From the NCBI GenBank assembly GCA_004764695.1, contig SMSO01000005.1, positions 558,001 to 622,000 of the forward strand: a stretch of 64,000 nt of DNA. The letters are read 5' to 3'. The number at the start of each line of letters is the position of its first letter. The stretch's first letter is position 1. A program made the position numbers and the translations under genes. The DNA is from Schizochytrium sp. TIO01 (Eukaryota > Protista > Bigyra: Labyrinthulomycetes). The notes beneath the pieces were generated by a model that was not told the origin of the DNA, searched no databases, and saw only the letters and a program-made list of their open reading frames with translations. Of this stretch, positions 49,174-60,745 are shown in pieces.

Positions 49174-50124
49174 CTTGCCAGTTTTCGGGGGTGTTCTCAG
49201 AATTGCGAGTGTTGGCTTTATAGGGGATGATGGTATGGCACTTCGTCATCGTTACTCTCGCTCGCTTGCTTACGAAGATTTTCAAAAGGCCGAAAGAAGT
49301 GCTCAGCTTTTAAAAAAAGTCACACCAAAGACTAGGCCGCATAGCAGAAAGCTAAAGGAAACCCAATCTGTCTGAAGAGAGTGTCGTGGTTAGATACTTA
49401 CGCAAGAGTTTAAAAGCTGTAAATGGTACAGGAACAAAAACAAATAAATATATATATATATATTCTTTTTTATTAGTAAAACATGAAACATTTTTTTCTT
49501 TAAAATAAAATAAAATAAAATAAAATAAATTTACTACTAATATACATATATACAATAAATAAAAACAACTTTTTCAGACCAGAAAGAGACTGAGAAAAAA
49601 GGAAACTAATGACTCTCGAGCACCGAGAGCGATATAAGAGTGGATTAGATTTGTTAGGCCCACCGCGAGTGAGTCCCCTAGGAGGAAGCGCCCTCTGAGA
49701 CAGGAGCAGAGGCGTCGCTGGTGCTCCAAAAAGCGGCGGCGAATGGAAAGCAAAACCCTTTCGAGGGAGGCTTGTGGCCGTGACTATTCAAATCTCCAGC
49801 ATCTCAGCTCCAGCACAGCAGAAGCTACCTCGCTTCTCAGCTCTAGCTATCACATCGATCGCAGCATCTAGCTCGTAGACAGCTAGCGCCGCACCTTCCC
49901 CCAAATCAACTTGGGCAACTTAACTCTTTTTTCACCAGAACTCCTCTTTTCCTTTAATCTTCGAAAAGAAGACGAATAAAAGAGATAATCCTCTGCCGCA
50001 GCACATTCTAAAAGAAAAGCGGCATACTGGCGTAGGCAAGACTTTCAAGCTCTTCCTCGCCTCCACCCCGTATTTCCCTGTTCATCTTTGTGAAACGAGG
50101 AAACAAGAAATTTTATAGGACAAG

Positions 50125-53100
50125 ATGGCTCACCGTGAGAACCGTCTCGAGGCCAACATGGATACCCGCATCGCTGTGATCGGCATGTCCGCCATCCTCC
50201 CCTGCGGTACCACCGTTCGTGAGTCTTGGGAGGCTATCCGCGATGGTATCGACTGCCTCAGTGATCTCCCCGAGGACCGCGTCGATGTGACCGCCTACTT
50301 CGACCCGGTCAAGACCACCAAGGATAAGATCTACTGCAAACGTGGTGGATTCATCCCTGAGTACGACTTCGACGCCCGTGAGTTCGGCCTCAACATGTTT
50401 CAGATGGAGGACTCCGACGCAAACCAAACCGTCACCCTCCTCAAGGTCAAGGAGGCCCTCGAGGACGCTGGCATCGAAGCCCTCAGCAAGGAAAAGAAGA
50501 ACATTGGATGTGTTCTCGGTATCGGTGGTGGCCAGAAGTCCAGCCACGAGTTCTACTCCCGCTTAAACTATGTTGTCGTTGAGAAGGTCCTTCGCAAGAT
50601 GGGCATGCCTGAGGAGGATGTTCAAGCTGCTGTTGAGAAGTACAAGGCCAACTTCCCTGAGTGGCGCCTTGACTCCTTCCCCGGTTTCCTCGGCAACGTT
50701 ACTGCCGGTCGCTGTACTAACACCTTCAACCTCGATGGTATGAACTGTGTCGTCGATGCTGCCTGTGCTAGTTCTCTCATCGCCGTCAAGGTTGCCATTG
50801 ATGAGCTCCTCCACGGAGACTGTGACATGATGATCACTGGTGCTACCTGCACGGATAACTCCATCGGTATGTACATGGCCTTCTCCAAGACCCCGGTGTT
50901 CTCTACCGACCCTAGCGTCCGCGCATACGATGAGAAGACCAAGGGTATGCTTATTGGCGAAGGCTCTGCCATGCTTGTGCTTAAACGTTACGCCGACGCT
51001 GTTCGTGATGGTGACGAGATTCACGCTGTCATTCGCGGCTGTGCCTCTTCCTCTGACGGTAAGGCCTCCGGTATTTACACCCCGACCATCTCTGGTCAAG
51101 AGGAGGCTCTTCGCCGTGCCTACATGCGCGCTAACGTCGACCCCGCCACCGTCACTCTTGTTGAGGGCCACGGTACCGGTACCCCCGTTGGTGACCGTAT
51201 TGAGCTCACCGCTCTCCGTAACCTCTTCGACAGTGCCTACGGCAACGAGAAGGAGAAGGTCGCTGTTGGCAGCATTAAGTCCAACATCGGTCACCTCAAG
51301 GCTGTCGCCGGTCTTGCCGGTATGATCAAGGTCATCATGGCCCTCAAGCACAAGACTCTTCCGGCCACCATCAACGTTGATGAGCCCCCTAAGCTTTACG
51401 ACAACACTCCCATCACCGACTCATCGCTGTACATTAACACGATGAACCGTCCGTGGTTCCCTGCTCCGGGTGTGCCCCGTCGTGCTGGTATCTCCAGTTT
51501 CGGTTTTGGTGGTGCCAACTACCACGCCGTTCTTGAGGAAGCCGAGCCCGAGCACCAGAAGGCTTACCGTCTCAACAGACGCCCCCAGCCGGTGCTTCTG
51601 ATGGCATCTTCAACCCAGGCTCTTGCTTCCCTCTGTGAAGCCCAGCTTAAGGAATTCGAGAAGGCTATCGAGGAGAACAAGACCGTCAAGAACACTGCTT
51701 ACATCAAGTGCGTCGACTTCTGTGAGAAGTTCAAGTTCCCTGGATCTATCCCGAGCTCTAACGCTCGCCTCGGTTTTCTTGTTAAGGAGGCCGATGATGC
51801 CACCGAGACCCTCCGTGCCATCGTTGCCCAGTTCCAAAAGTCAGCTGGCAAGGATTCTTGGCACCTTCCCCGCCAGGGTGTGAGCTTTCGTGCTCAGGGC
51901 ATCAACACCACTGGTGGTGTCGCTGCCCTCTTCTCTGGCCAGGGTGCTCAGTACACCCACATGTTCAGCGAGGTCGCCATGAACTGGCCTCAGTTCCGTG
52001 AGAGCATCTCTGACATGGATCGTGCCCAGGCTAAGGTTGCTGGCGCTGACAAGGACTACGAGCGTGTCTCCCAAGTCCTCTACCCGCGTAAGCCTTACAA
52101 CTCTGAGCCCGAGCAGGACCACAAGAAGATCTCCCTGACCTCATACTCTCAGCCCTCTACCCTGGCCTGCGCTCTTGGTGCCTACGAGATCTTCAAGCAG
52201 GCTGGTTTCAAGCCCGACTTCGCTGCCGGTCACTCTCTCGGTGAGTTTGCGGCCCTCTACGCTGCTGACTGCGTCAACCGTGACGACCTCTTTGAGCTCG
52301 TGTGCCGTCGTGCCCGCATCATGGGTGGCAAGGATGCACCTGCTACCCCCAAGGGATGCATGGCTGCTGTCATTGGACCCAACGCCGAGAAGATCCAGAT
52401 TCGCACTGCTGATGTCTGGCTCGGCAACTGCAACTCCCCTTCTCAGACTGTCATCACCGGCTCTGTTGAGGGTATCAAGAAGGAGTCCGAGCTTCTCCAG
52501 CGTGAGGGCTTCCGTGTTGTCCCCCTCGCCTGCGAGAGTGCCTTCCACTCACCGCAGATGCAAAACGCCTCCTCTGCCTTCAAGGATGTTCTCTCCAAGG
52601 TTGCCTTCCGTCAGCCTAGCGCCCAGACCAAGCTCTTCAGCAACGTGTCTGGCGAGACCTACTCCAACAATGCCCAGGACCTCCTTAAGGAGCACATGAC
52701 TAGCAGTGTTAAGTTCATCTCTCAGGTTCGCAACATGCACTCTGCTGGTGCTCGCATCTTTGTTGAGTTTGGCCCCAAGCAGGTGCTCTCTAAGCTTGTT
52801 TCCGAGACCCTCAAGGACGATCCTTCCATTATCACTATCTCTGTCAACCCTTCATCTGGCAAGGATGCCGATATTCAGCTTCGCGAGGCTGCTGTGCAGC
52901 TCGTTGTTGCTGGAGTCAACCTTCAGGGCTTCGACAAGTGGGACGCACCTGACGCCACCCGCCTTCAGCCGATTAAGAAGAAGAAGACTACTCTTCGTCT
53001 CTCGGCTGCCACTTACGTGTCTGACAAGACCAAGAAGGGCTCGCGAGGCTGCCATGAACGACGGCCGCATGCTCAGCTGTGTCAGCAAGGTCATCGCCCC

Positions 53101-56100
53101 CCCTGCCGCCAAGCCCATTGTGGACACCAAGGCTCAGGAGGAGGTTGCTCGTCTCCAGAAGCAGCTTCAGGATGCCCAGGCCCAGATCCAGAAGGCCAAG
53201 GCCGATGCTGCTGAGGCTGACAAGAAGCTTGCCGCTGCTAAGGATGAGGCCAAGCGTGCCGCCGCTTCTGCACCTGTGCAGAAGCAGGTTGACACCACCA
53301 TTGTTGATAAGCACCGTGCTATCCTCAAGTCTATGCTTGCTGAGCTTGACTGCTACTCCACTCCTGGTGCTGTGTCCAGCTCTTTCCAGGCACCTGTTGC
53401 TGCTGCCCCGGCCCCGGTCGCTGCGGCCCCTGCTCCGGTCGCTGCCGCTGCCCCTGCTGCCAACAGCGCTCTTCTTGCCAAGGCTGAGACTGTTGTCATG
53501 GAGGTTCTTGCCGCCAAGACTGGTTACGAGACCGACATGATTGAGCCCGACATGGAGCTCGAGACTGAGCTCGGCATTGACTCTATCAAGCGTGTCGAGA
53601 TTCTCTCTGAGGTCCAGGCCCAGCTCAACGTCGAGGCCAAGGATGTTGATGCTCTTAGCCGCACCCGCACCGTCGGTGAGGTTGTCAACGCCATGAAGGC
53701 TGAGATCGCTGGCAGCTCTGGTGCTGCTGCTGCCGCCCCGGCACCGGTTGCTGCTGCTCCGGCTCCCGTCGCTGCCGCCGCCCCTGCTGTCAGCAGCGCT
53801 CTTCTTGCCAAGGCTGAGACTGTTGTCATGGAGGTTCTTGCCGCCAAGACTGGTTACGAGACCGACATGATTGAGCCCGACATGGAGCTCGAGACTGAGC
53901 TCGGCATTGACTCTATCAAGCGTGTCGAGATTCTCTCTGAGGTCCAGGCCCAGCTCAACGTCGAGGCCAAGGATGTTGATGCTCTTAGCCGCACCCGCAC
54001 CGTTGGTGAGGTTGTCAACGCCATGAAGGCTGAGATTGCTGGCAGCTCTGGTGCTGCCGCTGCTGCCCCGGCCCCTGTTGCTGCTGCTCCGGCTCCCGTC
54101 GCTGCCGCCGCCCCTGCTGCCAACAGCGCTCTTCTTGCCAAGGCCGAGTCTGTTGTCATGGAGGTTCTCGCCGCCAAGACTGGTTACGAGACTGACATGA
54201 TTGAGGCCGACATGGAGCTCGAGACTGAGCTCGGCATTGACTCTATCAAGCGTGTCGAGATTCTCTCTGAGGTTCAGGCTATGCTTAACGTTGAGGCCAA
54301 GGATGTCGATGCTCTTAGCCGCACCCGCACCGTCGGTGAGGTTGTCAACGCCATGAAGGCTGAGATCGCTGGCAGCTCTGGTGCTGCCGCTGCTGCTCCG
54401 GCCCCTGTTGCTGCTGCTCCCGCTCCCGTCGCTGCCGCTGCCCCTGCTGTCAGCAGCGCTCTCCTTGAGAAGGCCGAGTCTGTTGTCATGGAGGTTCTTG
54501 CCGCCAAGACTGGTTACGAGACTGACATGATTGAGGCCGACATGGAGCTCGAGACTGAGCTCGGCATTGACTCTATCAAGCGTGTCGAGATTCTCTCTGA
54601 GGTTCAGGCCCAGCTCAACGTCGAGGCCAAGGATGTAGATGCTCTTAGCCGCACCCGCACCGTCGGTGAGGTTGTCAACGCCATGAAGGCTGAGATCGCT
54701 GGCAGCTCTGGTGCTGCCGCTGCTGCCCCGGCCCCTGTTGCTGCTGCTCCGGCTCCCGTCGCTGCCGCCGCCCCTGCTGTCAGCAGCGCTCTCCTTGAGA
54801 AGGCCGAGTCTGTTGTCATGGAGGTTCTCGCCGCCAAAACTGGTTACGAGACTGACATGATTGAGGCCGACATGGAGCTCGAGACTGAGCTTGGCATTGA
54901 CTCTATCAAGCGTGTCGAGATTCTCTCTGAGGTCCAGGCCCAGCTCAACGTCGAGGCCAAGGATGTAGATGCTCTTAGCCGCACCCGCACCGTTGGTGAG
55001 GTTGTCAACGCCATGAAGGCTGAGATCGCTGGCAGCTCTGGTGCTGCCGCTGCTGCCCCGGCCCCTGTTGCTGCTGCTCCGGCTCCCGTCGCTGCCGCCG
55101 CCCCTGCTGTCAGCAGCGCTCTCCTTGAGAAGGCCGAGTCTGTTGTCATGGAGGTTCTCGCTGCCAAGACTGGTTACGAGACTGACATGATTGAGGCCGA
55201 CATGGAGCTCGAGACTGAGCTCGGCATTGACTCTATCAAGCGTGTCGAGATTCTCTCTGAGGTCCAGGCCCAGCTCAACGTTGAGGCCAAGGATGTTGAT
55301 GCTCTTAGCCGCACCCGCACCGTCGGTGAGGTTGTCAACGCCATGAAGGCTGAGATCGCTGGCAGCTCTGGTGCTGCCGCTGCTGCTCCGGCCCCTGTTG
55401 CTGCTGCTCCCGCTCCCGTCGCTGCCGCTGCCCCTGCTGTCAGCAGCGCTCTCCTTGAGAAGGCCGAGTCTGTTGTCATGGAGGTTCTTGCCGCCAAGAC
55501 TGGTTACGAGACTGACATGATTGAGGCCGACATGGAGCTCGAGACTGAGCTCGGCATTGACTCTATCAAGCGTGTCGAGATTCTCTCTGAGGTTCAGGCT
55601 ATGCTTAACGTTGAGGCCAAGGATGTTGATGCTCTTAGCCGCACCCGCACCGTTGGTGAGGTTGTCAACGCCATGAAGGCTGAGATCGCTGGCAGCTCTG
55701 GTGCTGCCGCTGCTGCCCCGGCCCCTGTTGCTGCTGCTCCGGCTCCCGTCGCTGCCGCTACTCCTGCTGTCAGCAGCGCTCTCCTTGAGAAGGCCGAGTC
55801 TGTTGTCATGGAGGTTCTCGCCGCCAAGACTGGTTACGAGACTGACATGATTGAGGCCGACATGGAGCTCGAGACTGAGCTTGGCATTGACTCCATCAAG
55901 CGTGTCGAGATTCTCTCTGAGGTCCAGGCTATGCTTAACGTCGAGGCCAAGGATGTTGATGCTCTTAGCCGCACCCGCACCGTCGGTGAGGTTGTCAACG
56001 CCATGAAGGCTGAGATCGCTAGCAGCTCTGGTGCTGCTGCCCCTGCTCCGGCTGCTGCCGCTGCTGCCGCTGCACCGGCCCCTGCTGCTGCCCCTGCTCC

Positions 56101-59100
56101 GGCTGCTGCCGCTGCTGCCGCTGCACCGGCCCCTGCTGCTGCCCCTGCTGTCAGCAGCGCTCTTCTTGAGAAGGCTGAGTCTGTTGTCATGGAGGTTCTC
56201 GCTGCCAAGACTGGTTACGAGACTGACATGATTGAGGCCGACATGGAGCTCGAGACTGAGCTCGGCATTGACTCTATCAAGCGTGTCGAGATTCTCTCTG
56301 AGGTTCAGGCTATGCTTAACGTTGAGGCCAAGGATGTTGATGCTCTTAGCCGCACCCGCACCGTCGGTGAGGTTGTCAACGCCATGAAGGCTGAGATCGC
56401 TAGCAGCTCTGGTGCTGCTGCCCCTGCTCCGGCTGCTGCCGCTGCACCGGCCCCTGCTGCCGCTGCCCCTGCTGTCAGCAGCGCTCTCCTTGAGAAGGCT
56501 GAGTCTGTTGTCATGGAGGTTCTCGCTGCCAAGACTGGTTACGAGACTGACATGATTGAGGCCGACATGGAGCTCGAGACTGAGCTTGGCATTGACTCCA
56601 TCAAGCGTGTCGAGATTCTCTCTGAGGTTCAGGCTATGCTTAACGTTGAGGCCAAGGATGTTGATGCTCTTAGCCGCACCCGCACCGTCGGTGAGGTTGT
56701 CAACGCCATGAAGGCTGAGATCGCTGGCAGCTCTGGTGCTGCTACTGCCTCTGCTCCTGCTGCTGCAGCTGCCGCCCCTGCTATCAAGATCTCCACTGTT
56801 CACGGTGCTGACTGCGATGACCTCTCTGTGATGTCTGCTGAGCTTGTCGACATTCGTCGCGCTGATGAGCTCCTTCTTGAGCGCCCTGAGAACCGCCCGG
56901 TCCTTATTGTCGATGATGGTACCGAGCTCACCTCTGCTCTGGTGCGTGTTCTTGGTGCTGGTGCTGTAGTTCTTACCTTTGACGGTCTTCAGTTGGCTCA
57001 GCGTGCTGGTGCTGCTGTTCGCCATGTCCAGGTGAAGGACCTCTCCGCTGAGAGTGCCGAGAAGGCTATCAAGGAGGCTGAGCAACGCTTCGGCCAGCTT
57101 GGAGGCTTCATCTCCCAGCAGGCTGAGCGCTTTGCCCCTGCTGACATTCTTGGTTTCACCCTCATGTGCGCTAAGTTTGCCAAGGCTTCCCTCTGCACCC
57201 CTGTGCAGGGTGGCCGTGCCTTCTTCATTGGTGTGGCCCGTCTTGACGGTCGCCTTGGTTTCACCTCCCAGGGATCTACTGACTCCCTCACACGTGCCCA
57301 GCGTGGTGCTATCTTCGGTCTCTGCAAGACCATTGGCCTTGAGTGGTCTGCTAACGAAGTGTTCGCCCGCGGTATTGATATTGCTCGTGAGGTCCACCCT
57401 GAAGATGCTGCCGTCGCCATCACTCGCGAAATGTCCTGCGCTGACAACCGTATCCGCGAGGTCGGCATTGGCCTCAACCAGAAGCGCTGCACCATCCGTG
57501 CTGTGGACCTCAAGCCAGGTGCCCCCAAGATCCAGATCAGCCAGGATGACGTTCTCCTTGTGTCTGGTGGTGCTCGTGGTATTACTCCTCTCTGCATTCG
57601 TGAGATCACCCGTCAGGTCCGCGGTGGTAAGTACATTCTCCTCGGTCGCTCCAAGGTCCCTGCTGGTGAGCCTGCTTGGTGCAACGGTGTTTCTGATGAC
57701 GATCTTGGCAAGGCTGCTATGCAGGAGCTGAAGCGTGCTTTCTCCGCCGGTGAGGGCCCTAAGCCCACCCCGATGACCCACAAGAAGCTCGTTGGCACTA
57801 TTGCTGGTGCCCGTGAGGTTCGTTCCTCAATTGCTAACATCGAGGCTCTCGGTGGCAAGGCAATCTACTCCTCTTGTGATGTGAACTCTGCTGCTGATGT
57901 CGCCAAGGCTGTTCGCGAGGCTGAGGCTCAGCTTGGCGCCCGTGTAACTGGTGTCGTCCACGCTTCTGGTGTCCTTCGTGACCGCCTCATTGAGCAGAAG
58001 CGCCCCGATGAGTTTGATGCTGTCTTCGGCACCAAGGTGACTGGTCTCGAGAACCTCTTTGGTGCCATCGACATGGCCAACCTTAAGCACCTCGTCCTCT
58101 TCAGCTCTCTTGCTGGTTTCCACGGCAACATTGGTCAGTCTGACTACGCCATGGCTAACGAGGCCCTCAACAAGATGGGTCTTGAGCTCTCTGACCGTGT
58201 GTCCGTGAAGTCTATTTGCTTCGGCCCCTGGGATGGTGGCATGGTTACCCCCCAGCTTAAGAAGCAGTTCCAGTCTATGGGTGTTCAGATCATCCCCCGT
58301 GAGGGTGGTGCCGATACTGTGGCTCGCATTGTCCTCGGCTCCTCCCCTGCTGAAATCCTTGTTGGCAACTGGACCACTCCCACCAAGAAGGTTGGCAGTG
58401 AGCCCGTTGTGATCCACCGCAAGATCAGCGCTGCATCCAACCCTTTTCTTAAGGATCACGTCATCCAGGGTCGCTGTGTGCTCCCCATGACCATTGCTGT
58501 GGGCTGCCTTGCTGAGACCTGCCTGGGTCAGTTCCCTGGATACTCCCTCTGGGCTATTGAGGATGCTCAGCTCTTCAAGGGTGTCACCGTTGACGGTGAT
58601 GTCAACTGTGAGATCACTCTCAAGCCTTCCCAGGGTACTGCCGGCCGCGTTATGATTCAGGCCACCCTGAAGACCTTCGCTAGCGGCAAGCTTGTTCCGG
58701 CTTACCGTGCCGTGATCGTTCTCTCCACTCAGGGAAAGCCCCCTGCTGCTACTACTTCCCAGACCCCCTCTCTCCAGGCTGATCCTGCTGCCCGTGGCAA
58801 CCCTTACGACGGCAAGACCCTCTTCCACGGCCCTGCCTTCCAGGGTCTCAAGGAGATCATCTCTTGCAACAAGTCCCAGCTTGTCGCCGAGTGCACCTTC
58901 ATTCCGTCTTCCGAGAGCGCTGGTGAGTTCGCTTCTGACTACGAGTCCCACAACCCTTTTGTCAACGACATTGCTTTCCAGGCCATGCTCGTCTGGATTC
59001 GCCGCACCCTCGGCCAGGCCGCCCTCCCCAACTCTATCCAGCGCATTGTCCAGCACCGTGCTCTTCCCCAGGACAAGCCCTTCTACTTGACCCTCAAGAG

Positions 59101-59218
59101 CAACAGCGCGAGTGGCCACTCTCAGCACAAGACCTCCGTTCAGTTTCACAACGAGCAGGGTGACCTCTTCGTGGACATCCAGGCTTCCGTCACCTCTTCT
59201 GACTCCCTTGCCTTCTAA
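50125..59218 (+). CDS. PFA1: PUFA synthase subunit A (OrfA/PFA1): KS-MAT-10xACP-KR-DH, ~3030 aa after removing one extra G at 53037-53039
   Basis: KS (DAACASS, HGTGT, SSFGFGGANYH), malonyl-CoA:ACP transacylase (GQGAQY, GHSLG, AFHS), ten ACPs (LGIDSIKRVEIL), KR (SGGARGIT, HASGVLRD, YAMANEAL) and C-terminal PKS-type DH (FLKDHVIQGRCVLPM, LFHGPAFQ). The two ORF-track pieces join as ...SDKTKK|AREAAMNDG... Confidence 0.97.
53465..56730 (+). repeat. Coding tandem repeat: ten near-identical ACP domains with Ala/Pro linkers
   Basis: The Asp-Ser (phosphopantetheine site) codons start at 53579, 53909, 54239, 54569, 54899, 55229, 55559, 55889, 56270 and 56594, i.e. spacing 330 x7, then 381 and 324. Confidence 0.97.
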
Positions 59219-60745
59219 AGTTGTGAGGCTCTCTTGTCTTGTCAGTCGCGAAAGTGTAAGCAAGAACTTTGTCATACAAAGAAGCAACCAACTTCCGAAC
59301 CAACACACCTTGTAGGATTACAACCAAAACTTTCTATAAATAGTGCGCAAGAATAACCAGTAAGCTATCCTTCGTGTACCTGTTACAACAACGACATTTT
59401 TACTTGATCTTCCTACTTGTGATGGGTAGTCCCGGCTTGTACTGACAGTGATGCCACAGCAGAGTAGATCATTGTGAATAAATAAATAAGCCTACTTATT
59501 ATATTCCCAAAGTACTCGCTGGGATATTATTAGTATCACGAAAAGTGATATGTTTTTTAAACTCCAAGATCTAACCTTTTTTTTTAATGGCCAAAAAGTC
59601 GCCAGAACACATCTTACAATAAACAAAAAATTAGATTATATCGTATGTATATAATATTATATTATATTATTATATACATACGATATAATCTAAAGCCATT
59701 CCAGACTTATTCGGTGATGAAAAATGCTTTCCCAGCTTTATACAAACTATTCAAAAAGTTGCATGACCCATTTTCAGATATATTTAATAGTATAAGATTA
59801 TGTCCATTTGTTTTCAAAGTTATTCAAGAGTTTACATCTTGAAGTTTCATCCCTTTACTACTACACTGTTTTTCGTTTTGGTTTTTTCTCTAACGGCGAA
59901 AGAAACAAGTCACCAAGCTTAACTAGTAGGCATCTTTGTGGTGACGAAATTAAAGTTGAATATATAAATTATAGTTAGTCATTATGGAATCTCAGTTTGA
60001 ACGAAGCTAAGCTGTTTATAAAAATCACTGCATGGAGATAATACTTGAATTTTGATGAAAGTGTTTATGAAGAAGTTTAATCTTGCTTTTTTTTAAATGT
60101 TATTCTCTAATATAGAAATATTTCAATAAAGAATCATATGAAGGGATAATAAATACAGAGAATGATCGTTATCATTTGATATGTCGAACGCTAATCTATC
60201 ATCTTATCTAGGAAACAAAGGTGGAAATAAAGGAAAGCCCTACACGAGTTAATTCCTCAAATGAACTACTTTGGATTATCAAATCCAACTGCTGACACTG
60301 GATACATGCATGTATTTAGTGGGTGTTACTGTACTTCCTTATTTCCTTTAATTCAATTGTCTTGATTTTTACTTGGGAGATTCTACTTGAAAATCATCTC
60401 CCTTCACTTACGGTTATATAGAAAGACCCTTCAATTCGAATGCTGGCCAGGTACAATAACTATCAGCGATTCCCCTCCACTAGACATGGCCGACTGTAAG
60501 CACCTCAACCCGATTTCAAGCAACACATGATGACTAGCTGTTTCCGCAAAACAACAAATAAGAGAGGTAGTGGAAAACACCCAGTTCGCTCGAGCTCCCC
60601 TAGTAGATTCGACATTCACTTTCTATTTGATTGCTAATTGTGGGTCCGGCTATTTAAGGAAAGAACTGATGAAAGTCCACCTCACGCAATCAAATCGCGG
60701 TCTAGTTGGAAGCTACAATGGCCGACGTATGCGCGCCTCTATCTT

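Larger units (their letters stand above)
37098..50124. promoter_or_regulatory. Divergent (head-to-head) PFA2/PFA1 intergenic region, ~13 kb, microsatellite-rich, no recognisable CDS
   Basis: Lies between the two start codons. ORFs in it are short or translate microsatellites. The regulatory role is inferred from position. Confidence 0.6.

Noticed and set aside
52706-53036. ORF-track N-terminus MLSSSLRFATC... of the 2170-aa ORF
   Set aside because: Out-of-frame read of the MAT domain upstream of the frameshift; the true sequence is in the 50125 frame.
52988-57781. 1597-aa antisense ORF (and the ten short MAARTSMTT ORFs) over PFA1
   Set aside because: Shadow of strong codon bias (TTA, CTA and TCA codons are rare on the sense strand) multiplied by the ACP repeat; no protein-like features.
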